From the NCBI RefSeq assembly GCF_009914755.1, contig NC_060943.1: 64,000 bases of DNA; one strand, 5' to 3'. The position numbers were made by a program, and so were the translations under genes. Position 1 is the first letter of the stretch. Every line of letters starts with the position of its first letter. The DNA is from the human T2T-CHM13v2.0 reference genome, Homo sapiens. A model generated the notes under the pieces. That model was not told the DNA's origin, did no database searches, and worked only from the letters and a program-made list of their open reading frames with translations. Positions 30,678 to 57,818 of this stretch are shown here, piece by piece.

Positions 30678-31643
30678 GTGTCGGGGCTGTCCTGTAGGCC
30701 CTTTGATCTTACGCAGGGTGAGGGAGCCAATCACCAGAGGCTCCCCCCTGTCGTCACCCAGTCCCCAGGGCCAGTGAGGGCCCTGCGTTCCATGGCGTCC
30801 CCTGGAGGGAGGAAGGGGAACTGTAGCTGAGAGTTCAGTATCTGACAATAAGGAAAAGGCATAGTAGATCAGATGGTGCCTAGTGTTCTGGAGAGAAGAA
30901 ACAACGGGGTTGGCGAATTGGCAGTTGCACTTTATAATACAGGCCTCATGTATAAGGCAGACCTCATGGGGAAGGTAACATCTGTGCAGAGAAATGGAGA
31001 TGAGGGCTAGGAGCCATGCAAATACTGGAACATGCTTGCCAGCAGAAGTCGAGAAACATGGCCGGCACAGTGGCCCACACCTGTAATCCCAGCACTTTGG
31101 GAGGCCGAGGCAGGCAGATCACGAGGTCAGCAGTTCGAGACCAGCCTGGCCAACATGGTGAAACCCTGTCTCTACTAAAAATACAAAAATTAGCTGGGTG
31201 TGGTGGCACACTCCTGTAATCCCAGCCACTTGGGAGGGTGAGGTAGGAGAATGGCTTGAACCTGGGAGGTAGAGGTTGCAGTGATGCAGTGAGCTGAGAC
31301 CACACCATTGTACTCTAGCCTGGGCGACAGAGCGAGACTCCATCTCAAAAAAAAAAAAAAAAAAAAAGCAAAAACAAACAGGTGAGATTCATTTTGATAA
31401 AATAGCTGATTTAACCTAATATACCTAAAACATCATAATTTTAACATAATATAAACATTTTTGCAAGATTTTATGTTATTTTTTACCATACGACGTCTTG
31501 GAAATCAAGAAACAGAGCAAGCCTCGGTCTCCCAAAAAAAAAAAAAAAGATACATTGAAGTAATTTAAAAACACATAGGAAGATGTCATTTCTTCCTATC
31601 AAGGCGTCCTCCCTTTATGTTTTGTTGTTATATTGGGAACGAT

Positions 31644-31762
31644 AAAAAAATTTTTTTTTCAACCCATGTGGACCAGGTTGGCCTTGAACTCGTACCCTCG
31701 AACCCCTGCCTCCCTGAGGGCCCGAGGGCAGGCGCATCCAGCCGGAGCCACAGTGGCTCCGG
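31644..31762 (-). ncRNA. SNAR-D: snaR D-type (119 nt), divergent paralogue
   Basis: Minus strand reads CCGGAGCCACTGTGGCTCCGGCTGGATGCGCCTGCCCTCGGGCCCTCAGGGAGGCAGGGGTTCGAGGGTACGAGTTCAAGGCCAACCTGGTCCACATGGGTTG-A9-T7. It lies ~1.09 kb from the last B copy and abuts the SVA. Subtype name from recall. Confidence 0.85.
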
Positions 31763-31778
31763 GTGTCGGGGCTGTCCT

Positions 31779-33311
31779 TTCTTCCCTTTCTCCCTCTCGT
31801 CTCCTGTCTCCCGTCTCCCTCTCCCCACGGTCTCCCTCTCCCTCTCCCTCTCCTGTCTCCCGTCTCCCGTCTCCCTCTCCCCATGGTCTCCCTCTCCCTC
31901 TCTTTCCACGGTCTCCGTCTGATGCCCAGCCGAAGCTGCACTGTACTGCTGCCATCTCACTGCATCCTCCCTGCCTGATTCTCGTGCCTCAGCCTGCCGA
32001 GTGCCTGCCATTGCAGGCACACGCCGCCACACCTGACTGGTTTTCGTATTTTTTTGGTGGAGACGGGGTTTCGCTGTGTTGGCCGGGCTGGTCTCCAGCT
32101 CCTAACTGCGAGTGATCCGCCAGCCTCGGCCTCCCCAGGTGCGGGGATTGCAGATGGAGTCTCGTTCACTCAGTGCTCAATGGTGCCCAGGCTGGAGTGC
32201 AGTGGCGTGATCTCGGCTCGCTACAACCTCCACCTCCCAGCCGCCTGCCTTGGCCTCCCAAAGTGCCGAGATTGCAGCCTCTGCCCGGCCGCCACCCCGT
32301 CTGGGAAGTGAGGAGCGTCTCTGCCTGGCCGCCCATCGTCTGGGATGTGAGGAATCCCTCTGCCTGGCTGCCCAGTCTGGAAAGTGAGGAGCGTCTCTGC
32401 CCGGCCGCCATCCCATCTAGGAAGTGAGGAGCGCCTCTGCCCGGCCGCGACCCTGTCTGGGAGGTGAGGAGCGTCTCTGCCCAGCCGCCCCGTCTGAGAA
32501 GTGAGGAGCCCCTCTGCCCGGCAGCCGCCCCGTCTGAGAAGTGAGGAGCCCCTCCGCCCGGCAGCCACCCCATCTGGGAAGTGAGGAGCGTCTCCGCCCG
32601 GCAGCCACCCCGTCCGGGAGGGAGGTGGGGGGGGGGTGGTCAGCCCCCCGCCCGGCCAGCCGCCCCGTCCGGGAGGGAGGTGGGGGGGTCAGCCCCCTGC
32701 CCGTCCAGCCGCCCCGTCCGGGAGGTGAGGGGCGCCTCTGCCTGGCCGCCCCTACTGGGAAGTGAGGGGCCCCTCTGCCCGGCCACCACCCCGTCTGGGA
32801 GGTGTACCCAACAGCTCATTGAGAACGGGCCATGATGACAATGGCGGTTTTGTGGAATAGAAAGGGGGGAAAGGTGGGGAAAAGATTAAGAAATCGCATG
32901 GTTGCCGTGTCTGTGTAGAAAGAAGTAGACATGGGAGACTTTTCATTTTGTTCTGTACTAAGAAAAATTCTTCTGCCTTGGGATCCTGTTGATCTGTGAC
33001 CTTACCCCCAACCGTGTGCTCTCTCAAACATGTGCTGTGTCCACTCAGGGTTAAATGGATTAAGGGCGGAGCAAGATGTGCTTTGTTAAACAGATGCTTG
33101 AAGGCAGCATGCTCCTTAAGAGTCATCACCACTCCCTAATCGCAAGTTCCCAGGGACACAAACACTGCGGAAGGCCACAGGGTCCTCTGCCTAGGAAAAC
33201 CAGAGACCTTTGTTCACTTGTTTATCTGCTGACCTTCCCTCCACTATTGTCCTATGACCCTGCCAAATCCCCCTCTGCGAGAAACACCCAAGAATGATTA
33301 AAAAAAAAAAA
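31779..33311 (+). mobile_element. SVA retrotransposon: CCCTCT-like head, Alu-like region, GC-rich VNTR, SINE-R, polyA
   Basis: CT hexamer-like region 31779-31920; antisense Alu-like 31920-32280; VNTR units GCCCGGCAGCCGCCCCGTCTGAGAAGTGAGGAGC 32280-32800; SINE-R ending GAGAAACACCCAAGAATGATTAAAAA. Confidence 0.96.
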
Positions 33312-33507
33312 GAAAGTGTTAATGACAGATTTGCCTCCATTAAAAGCCAAGAAAGTCAAATTATTCAAATTCTGTCTAGGGTATATATGAAAGATTTAAA
33401 TGTAAAATAATGTTGTGAATTTCAACACATTTACTTCATTTTTCAGTATTTTTCAACTAGTTTAGCATTCCAGGAAAAATAAATTTAGAAAAAATATATA
33501 AAAACTT

Positions 33508-33812
33508 GCGCAGGGCACAGTGGCTCATGCCTGTAATCCCAGCACAGGCCTTTGGGAGGCCAAGGTGGGTGGATCACTTGAGCCTGGGAGTTTAAGACTA
33601 GCCTGAGCAACATGGGGAGAGCCTGTCTCTACAAAAATAATTTAGGAATTAGCTAGGCATGGTAGTGTGTGCTTGTAGTCCCAGCTACTCAGGAGGCTGA
33701 GGCAGGAGGATCCCTTGAGCCCAGGAGTTTGTTACTGCAGTGAGCTATGATCTCACCACCACACTCCAGCCTGGGCAATGGAGCAAGAACCCCTCTCCTT
33801 AAAAAAAAAAAA
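33508..33812 (+). mobile_element. Alu (J-like)
   Basis: Dimeric Alu with A tail. Confidence 0.8.
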
Positions 33813-34732
33813 AGCAAGTATATGGGGGCACATACATTTCCTTTGAAATAGCAGTCTGATGTGGCATGAGACTGGCCTTTTTAAAAAATTTGATATTTTG
33901 TTCATCATTGATTTTTTTTGCATTGATTTTGATTTTTAAAAAATGTTGCATTATTATTGTTATTGTTATTATTGTCACTCTGTCACCCAGGCTGGAGTGC
34001 AGAGTCTCCCTGAGTTCAAGTGATTCTCCTGCTTCAGCCTCCCAAGTAGCTGGAACTACAGGCGTGTGCCACCTCACCCTAATTTTATTTTTTATTTTTA
34101 TTTTTTTTGTAGAGACAGGGTTTCGCCATGTTGGCCAGGCTGGTCTCAAACTTCCGACCTCAAGTGATCCACCCACCTTGGGCTCCCAAAGTGCTGGGAT
34201 TACAGGCGTGAACCACCGCGCCTGGCCAATATTGCATTAAATATTCTTTTATCTTGATTGCTGCATTTGGGGCACACATTTACATTTGGTACTGGGTGAA
34301 TACAGCTCCCTCTGGCCAGGCTCCAGCCAGCCCCACTCCTCCAGGGTGAAGTCCACCGCCACATCCTTGAAGGTCACTGATTCCTGCAAGGGCCAGTTTC
34401 ATTCTGTGGAGTGGCACGTCCTTCTGGAACTTGGGGGCAGAAGTGTCAGGGGTCAAGAGCCCACAACAGCCCCCTGGGCTGGAACATTCTGATTGTGCAG
34501 AATTGGGATGCCTGAATCCAACTGGCCTATGGGAACCTATCTAAGGCAGAAACTCGCCCATAGGCACCTTGGTAGAAAGTAGAACAAGGAGCCCTTTCAC
34601 ATGACTCTTTACTGCCATCTGTTGGGAAGTCATTGTAATATACCAATTAATTTAGTATATGACAGTTTATCAAACTGCCTGCAAACTGCCACCAATGTAT
34701 GAGGTATAAGGTGGGAGTCCTGCCTGGGATGA

Positions 34733-35076
<344 letters not shown>

Positions 35077-36147
35077 TAAGAAACACTTAAAGAAAAATCC
35101 GTCAAGCCGTTTTGTGCAGGAGATATTCGCAAGTCCCATTCTATCCCAGACCCCATCCCTGATCCTCACCCCCATTCCTGACTCCAGAGATGAGGCTCAG
35201 GGATGAAGCAAAACCATCCATTGCCCACTTTGCCTGGTAACTGAAAGGCTGCAGTGTTCGATGAAAAATGTTTAGACTGCGCGACATGGTCCCAGCTCAG
35301 AGCATTCTGCCTCTGCCTCCTGCCCCTGGGCACTGCCCGGCTCCCCTCTCCTCATACCCCCTTTCCCAGTATTGGAAGAGTCAGGAGACCTTGAGATCAT
35401 GCACAGGGATGAAGAGGGCCCACTGGAGTCCACAAAGTTATCCTGGGGAAGAGGAAGCCCAGACTCACCTGGCCCTCGGCCATCAAGGTCCCATTGGCCA
35501 TTGCTGGGTTCTGGGCATGTGCCTCTGGGAGAAGGGTTCACGCCAGGGCCCGAAGAGCTGGAGGAGGAGACCACAGCAGAAAAAGGGTCATTTGTGACCC
35601 TGACAGACAGATGCTTTCCCCAAGACTCCTGGTCACGGAAGGGGCCATGGTCCCCTAAGAGTCAAAGCAAAGTCCCAGGACAGGCCACCTGAGGCCCCCA
35701 TTCCATACCAGTGACAACAGCCAGCAACCATGAGGCTGTCTCACCTCCCCGACACAACAGCTCTCGGACGTGGGAACGATGGTTACCCCTAGATGAGGAC
35801 ATTGAGGCACAAGAGGTCAAGACTTGCTCAAGTTCATGGAGACAAAAAGTTTCAGAGAAGTCTAGCCACAGGGCCACCCCTATCTTTTATATATATATAT
35901 ATATATTGTTTTTTTTTTTTTTAGATGGATTCTCACTCAGTGTCCCAGGCTGGCTGGAGTGCAGTGGCGCCATCTCGGCTCACTGCAACCTCCGCCTCCC
36001 AGGATCAAGCAATTCTCTTGCCTCAGCTTCCTGAATAGCTGGGATTACAAGCACCTGCCACCATGCCTGGCTAATATTTACATTTTTAGTAGAGATGGGG
36101 TTTCACCATGTTGGCAAGGCTGGTCTCGAACTCCTGACCTCAGGTGA

Positions 36148-36920
<773 letters not shown>

Positions 36921-37024
36921 GTCCACAGAATGAAAAGATGCAGCACCTCACACACATTTCCCAGGCGAGAAGCCATACACATCCCCGGCTACACAGAACA
37001 CACACACCTGAATGCTGAAACTAG

Positions 37025-37153
<129 letters not shown>

Positions 37154-37453
37154 TGAGTAGCTGGGACTACAGGAACCTGCCATCACTCCTGGCTAATTTT
37201 TTTTTTTTTTTAGGAGAGACAGGGTTTCACCATGTTAGCCAGGATGGTCTCAATCTCCTGACCTCATGATTCACCTGCTTCAGCCTCCCAAATTGCTGGG
37301 ATTACAGGTGTGAGCCACCACACCTGGCCTAGTGCACGAGGTTTTGATGAGAAAATGAGGAAGAGAGTCTTAACTTTATCCCCATGAATCACTTGTTAAT
37401 TACAAAAAGAACAGGGTAACTTTTTTATCTTATTTAAATAATTAATTTATTAA

Positions 37454-37793
<340 letters not shown>

Positions 37794-37904
37794 TGAGGCG
37801 ATCTTGGTTCACTGAAACTTCCACCTCCCGGGTTTCAAGTGATTCTCAGGCCTCAGCTTCCTGAGTAGCTGGGGTTACAGGAGCCCGCCACCACGCCCAG
37901 CTGA

Positions 37905-38374
<470 letters not shown>

Positions 38375-39279
38375 TAAATCTAACTATGAAGAAGCACCAG
38401 ACAAACCCAAACTGAGGGACATGCAAGTACATGGTCTGTAATCTTCGGAACTTCCAAAAGAAGACTGAAAACCGGTTCCAGACTGAAGGAGACCCAACAA
38501 AGCGAGCAATGTGTGACCTAGGATTTCCTTTGGCCATTAAGGACATTATTGGAGCCAGCTGTAATCCCAGCACTTTGGGAGGCTGAGGTGGGAGGATCGC
38601 TTGAGCCCAAGAGTTTGAGACCAGCCCGGGCAACACAGTGAGACCCCGTTTCTACAAAAAAAAATTAAAAAAATTAGCCGGGCATGGTGGTGTGTGCTTG
38701 TAATCCCGACTACTCAGAAGACTGAAGTGGGAGGATCTCTTGAGCCCAGGAGGTCGAGGCTGCATGAGCTATGATTGTGCCACTGCACTCCAGCCTGGGT
38801 GACAGAGCAAGACTCTGTCTCCAAAAAAAGAAAAAGAAAAAGAAAGACAAAAAGACATTATTGGAAGAATCATCAAAAATTTGAATAAAGTCTATAGATT
38901 AGCTATTAGTATTACATCAATATTAATTTCCTCATTGTGATCGTGGTGCTATGGTTATGTAAGAAAATGACCTTGTCTTTGGAAAACACAGAGATTCGCT
39001 AGAAGGACTGGGGAGTGGGAGGGCGCAGAGACCGAGAGAGGGCGACAGAGACCCACAGAGAGGGGGAGAGAGACGCAGAGAGAGGGGGTACAGAGACCCA
39101 GCGAGAGGGGGACAGGACCTGGGGCGGCGAGGGTGAGGGGAAGATCAGAGAGAGCTGGGAGACCCAGAGAGGGAAGAACAGATGCTCAGGATAAGGGGAG
39201 CCGAGACCGAGTCTGTGCCTGTGCAGTGCTGCTTTCGGGTTCTGGGGTCAGAATCTGGGTTGCAGCTCTGCCAGCCTGA

Positions 39280-39850
39280 GAGAAATCGCGGAGTCTCCCC
39301 GACTCTCAGTTTCTTCAACTGCAAAGTGAGGAAAGGTAGGTTCCCCTTCCTAGGGATCGCAGCAGTCCCACGCTCCGCCGGACTCCTGGCAAACAGCAGA
39401 CGCCCAATTCCTGCGCGCCGAGTCGTCTGAGCCGCACTGATACTAGGTGGGACTCAGGGAATGACAAGAGGGGGCGGGGCGTCACCCACAGCGCCCTCCC
39501 CACTCCCAACCAGACCCAACTTGGGCCCGCCCCCGGAGCTTCTGCTAGCCTGTCTGGCCCGGCCTGCACCCACCTGCTCCGGTCGGGTCCGCGAGTTCCG
39601 TGCGTCCAGGCGGATTCCGCTGGACAGCCAGGCCTTCCCTTCCTCCGCCGGGTCCCGGAACGCGCCTGAGCAGTCCCTGTCTCGGAACTGTAAGTCCCGG
39701 TACCTTAAACGCGGCATCGCAGCTGGACTACATTTCCCAGAAACCATTGAGGCTCTTGCTCCTCCCGGCCTAAGGGCTCTGACTGCGAGGGAATGCTGGG
39801 AAATGGAGTCTGGGAGCAGGATACGGGGCAGGAGTAAGACTGTATTTAGA
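39280..39850. promoter_or_regulatory. CpG-rich promoter-like island with GC boxes and two inverted ZNF143/SBS motifs
   Basis: High CpG density; GGGGCGGGGCGTCA ~39471-39484; ACTACATTTCCCAGAAACC 39727-39745 (+); GACTCCATTTCCCAGCATTCCC 39810-39789 (-). Confidence 0.7.
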
Positions 39851-41189
39851 TACATACACAACAGCTTTTGGAGGAAAACTGGTATTTGGGACATGCCTGA
39901 CTGTACTGGCACGCGAATATCCCTGTTTTAGGCAGAGGCGATGCCATTGTCCATTTAATCCAAATTTCTCATACCATGGCTGAAGTCTTCAGGACAGATA
40001 AAATTTGGCCCTGTGTAAACTGATGGTGAATGAATTGAACCACTGTTACTCAATTTCCCTAGGCATCTGCCTTCCTATTTGCCTCAGTTTCACCCACCAC
40101 TTCTTAAAGGGCAGTGTGATACAGGCAATGGAGCCTGTTCTGGGAGCTGGGAGATGTGTGTTCAGGAGTGTAAGGATGGTTTGATATTAGGACATTATGC
40201 AATTTATCTTTTGACCTTTCTGAATATATCAATATGCAAGCATATCTATAGATACACTAAAAAGACTTTTAATAACATCCAGTAACCCTAGATGCTGAGA
40301 AAGCTTACAAAAAAATTCTGTAACCAGTCATTTCTAGATAAGCTTAATAAATTAAGCATATATTCATATTGAACAACAATAGCGACAATGTTAAAGAATT
40401 ACTGGCTTCTTATTGTGTTTATGTATGTCCATATAATCAAAACCTCATATCAAGCTTAATCGTAAAACACTAAAAGAATTGCCAGGCTGGGTGCAGTGGT
40501 TCACACCTGAAATCCCAGCACTTTGGGATTTCAAAGAGGGAAGCTAAAGAGGGAGGATCACTTGCACTCAGAAGTTTGAGACCAGCCTGGGCAACATAGC
40601 TAGACCCCCATCTCTACAGAAAATATAAAAGTTAGCCAAGCATAGTGGTGAGCACCTGTAGACCCAGCTACTCGGCAGGCTAAGGCAGGAGGATCAGTTG
40701 AGCCCAGGAGGGCAAGGCTGCAGTGAGCTGTGATGGTGCCAGCCTGGGCAAGAGAGCAAGACTCTGTCTCAAAAAAAAAAAAAAGTGTAAACCGTATATG
40801 TCCTCATGAGAAAAAGCTAGATGGCTCATTGCCAGAATGAAATAATAATAGGTGTTACTTATTGACAACACGTTGTGAGCTTTACTAGTTGACTGAGCTG
40901 ACACCACCACCCTATGAAGAAGGCATTGCTCTCCCTATTTTACAGACAAGGACACTGAGATAGAGGATTTATGTCATCCCCCCAAGCTCCCAGAGCTAGT
41001 CGAGGACAGAGGCAGGACTTGAATCCAGGTTCAGCCCATATTTGCAACCACTTAATTTTACTGCTGCCAAGTTTGCTCCTTTTTCCTTGTGTTCCGATAA
41101 CCAAATGCTCCAAGCACAGGTTGTACTGTCAGCTGAGGCTCTAGAGTCAGGGTGGCATGGAGCAGAACCTCAGCTAATCTATAATAGGC

Positions 41190-41640
41190 ATGTCACACTG
41201 GAGACAAAGGTGACTCCATCTTGGATGGTTATCCGCCATGTTGACTTCTGATTAATCCCAGTCCTGGGAATTCCTTCTGATTTCTACTTTACTTACTGTC
41301 CCTAGTGTAAGAACATGTCAACCTTGATGTTATCACACAAATTATAGGCTACGACACAGCATACAGAACATTGCCTGTTCTGTAGGCTTAATTGTCTTAA
41401 CCCTTAATTGTCTTGCTAAAGCAAGTATTGCCCTTCCCTATGTGAGATAAGCCTTAGGATTAGGGAGTAACTGTGTGGAGATAGACCTGTCTTGCTGCCA
41501 CCCAAGACCATGCTTCCCTTTGTAAGTTCCCCAAATAAATCACCCCTTACCAATGAACTGGGTTTGTCTCCCTCTTTTTTGGTTTATTGTCTCCTTCCAC
41601 ACTTGGGGGTTATTTTGCATAAAGTCCTTATATGGAACAC
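41190..41640 (+). mobile_element. Solo ERV1-class LTR
   Basis: TGTCACAC...GACTCCATCTTGGATG...CGCCATGTTGACTTCTGATT, with AATAAA ~41534 and a terminal ...AACA; exact family not assigned. Confidence 0.55.
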
Positions 41641-41892
41641 ACGTGAACAAGGAGTAAGTCTTCATTGCTACAAGCCATGAAGGAGGTTGGGGGGGTGTTT
41701 GTTACTGAAGCATAACTACTTATCCTGGCTGATACAACTGTCTTCAAAGGTTTTGAGGAAGCTGAAATTTGATATTAAATACAAGTTATTATCAGAGCTT
41801 TGCAAGTCATTAACCTCTCTGTGCCTCAGTTTCCTCATTGTACATGGGGCGATAATAAGTACATGGGGCAATAATAAGTACCCTTTTTATCA

Positions 41893-42615
<723 letters not shown>

Positions 42616-42814
42616 CCAACTGTGACTTGCTATTTGCTCTTCCTTCTACCTTTTCCCCACTACTGCTTTCAGAAAACACCTACTTTTCTTGCAAGAACAA
42701 GTTCTTACAGCCTCTCCTGCAGTAAACGTTCTCCGATTTCCACCGAGCTGAGCCGGAGCTGGCAATTCGCTCTGTGGGGTTCCCACAGGAACATCCCAGT
42801 ATCTTATAGGGTTA

Positions 42815-43808
<994 letters not shown>

Positions 43809-44005
43809 TTACAATATGCTGTCCATCCTTTTTGAAGGTCCAAGTCACTTCTACCTTGAATTAGGATAATGGGTGTCTACAGATGAGTGGGATCTGGTCC
43901 CAGCCTTTGAGGAGCACCCAGTCAGGTAGAGAAACAGAGTTGGACACCAACTAGGGGGAGGGTCCCCAGGAAATGGACAGAGACATTGATGGATTTGTCA
44001 CCAAT

Positions 44006-44020
44006 TTTATTAAATTTATT
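44006..44020 (-). terminator. IZUMO2 tandem polyadenylation signals (2x AATAAA)
   Basis: Plus strand TTTATT at 44006-44011 and 44015-44020, 30-45 nt after the stop. Confidence 0.8.
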
Positions 44021-44050
44021 TTCCTTTCTCCTTACCCCCAAACCACCGTC

Positions 44051-54634
<10,584 letters not shown>

Positions 54635-54720
54635 GGCGGGGCCTTTGTGACGTCACAGAGAGAACCCGGCCCGCCCCGCCTCCCAGGCGAGGGCGCGGTC
54701 AGGAGGCCCAGGGAGCATCA
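54635..54720 (-). promoter_or_regulatory. IZUMO2 proximal promoter: palindromic CRE TGTGACGTCACA (54646-54657) and GC boxes in a CpG island
   Basis: Direct reading; CCCGCCCCGCC ~54670-54680. Confidence 0.7.
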
Positions 54721-54839
54721 CGGTGTTACAGGCACGTGTTCGCTGAGCACCTGCTATGTGCCAGGCATGGTTCTAGAACCTAGAGAGAAAGTCAAGAAAA
54801 ACAGAAAGCCTCTGCTCAACCCCTCTTGGAACTTACTAA

Positions 54840-55757
<918 letters not shown>

Positions 55758-56744
55758 TGAACACCTACTATGTGCCAGGTGCTGTTCAAGGCCCCCAGAG
55801 CTAGAGCTGAGAAAAACAAGAGGTTCTTGTGCTTGCAGTACTTAAATTAATTAACTCAACAAATATTTATTGAGCACCTACTATGTGCCAGGCTCCAGAG
55901 ATAGACTGACATAAGACGAACACAATCTCTGCTCATAGAGTTCAGGCTAGCAGGGATGGGAGGGAGTGGCAGGAAGAGAAACGTAAAACCTGGTACACAG
56001 ATGAGTAACTGAAATACTGACAAACTGCATTACCTGCTGGGAAGCAAATACACAGTGTGATACAGTTAAGAGAGTTCCCTGAGGCCAGGAGGTAGGGTCT
56101 GGTTCCCTGCTGTTGTCCAGCGCCTAGCGTGTACTAGTTGTTCAACAGATATTTAGCAAATCAATGAATCCACAAGGGAGGGTATACTGAGGGAAGGGCA
56201 CTTTGTTTTTCCCTGCAATTTTCATCTTGAAAGTTTTAAAATCTGGAGAACAGTTGCAAGGATGACCCAATAAACACTCAGATATGACTTCACATTTTGC
56301 ATTCGCTGTATCTCTCTATATATGTAGATGAATTTAATATCAATTAAATCATAGAAATTCAACTAAAAGACATTATAATAGTATACACAGAGATATAGCA
56401 AATGTCAAAATAATATGATATATTAATATATAGTTAAATATTAATTCAGAGAGATTAAATTAATTAAGACTAAATATTACTACGTTGAGGGAGAGAGGAG
56501 GAGAGAGAGGCAGAGTAGGAGAGGGCAGTTGTCTTATTAATAGTTTAGGTTCTACAACAAAACTCCATAGACTGGGTGGCTTATAAACAACAGAATTTAT
56601 TTCTTCCAGCTCTGGAGGCTGGAAATCCAAGAGCAGAGCACCAGCAAGGTCAGGTTCTGGTGGAGCTCTCTTCTTGTATCCTCACATGGCAAAAAGAGGG
56701 TGAGAGGACTCTTTGGGTTCCCTTTTTTATTTTTTAATTTTTGA

Positions 56745-56849
<105 letters not shown>

Positions 56850-57704
56850 TGAGTAGCTGGGACTACAGGCGTGTGCCACCACGCCCGGCTAATTTCTGAA
56901 TTTTTAGTAGAGATGGGGTTTTGCCATGTTGGCCAGGCTGGTCTCAAACTCCCGACCTCAAGTGATCCGCAACCCCCCTCGGCCTCAAAAAGTGCTGGGA
57001 TTACAAAGTGTGAGATCAGGCCACAAGGAGGTGCTCACACCCAAGTGAAATTCTCTCTGCTCCCGGACTGAGAGTCAGGCCTTGCCACCCACGCCTACCT
57101 TTCTTAGGATCACCCAGTTGTCTACCTAATGCCGTGCTGGCCATAATTTGAGAAATCAACCTGAGATATTAACGTGTGCGTCCTTTTCCTCATCCCCTAT
57201 TACCATCTGCCTTTCAGGCAGGGAGTCAAGGGGCTGTTGTTTGACTGAAGAAGGGGTGGCCAGAATGGGATGGGAAGGCCACTCATTCCTCAGCTTCAAG
57301 CCCCAAACCCTCAGGCCTGGGTGTGAGGCAGGAAGGCTTGGGATGCAGAACCGGTTTTGTTTATCGGGTTCAGCCATGCTAATTTGGTAAAACATAAGTT
57401 AGATGAACTATCATCAGATTTCACACCCCAGCAAAAGTGGCTGAGGAAGTTCCCACACTCGCTCTCCAGGCGCACAGACGTCCATCACTGTGTTGTTGAC
57501 GGCACTGGGAGGCAAAGGCAAGCTGGGTGTCCTCACTGGGGAGGTGGGTCGCCTGTGGTACAGGACCCTGCAAGCAGCTAGAAGAACAGATGAGCCTGTC
57601 CACACCATGCCATGAATGGATCCAAGTGAAAACAGCAAAGAGCAAAACAAAGCAAGCAAACAAACAAAAAACCCACAGTGAAACCTACAACTCAATACCA
57701 TTGA

Positions 57705-57818
<114 letters not shown>

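Noticed and set aside
31615-33297. Dense cluster of ORFs
   Set aside because: GC-rich SVA hexamer, VNTR and SINE-R sequence.
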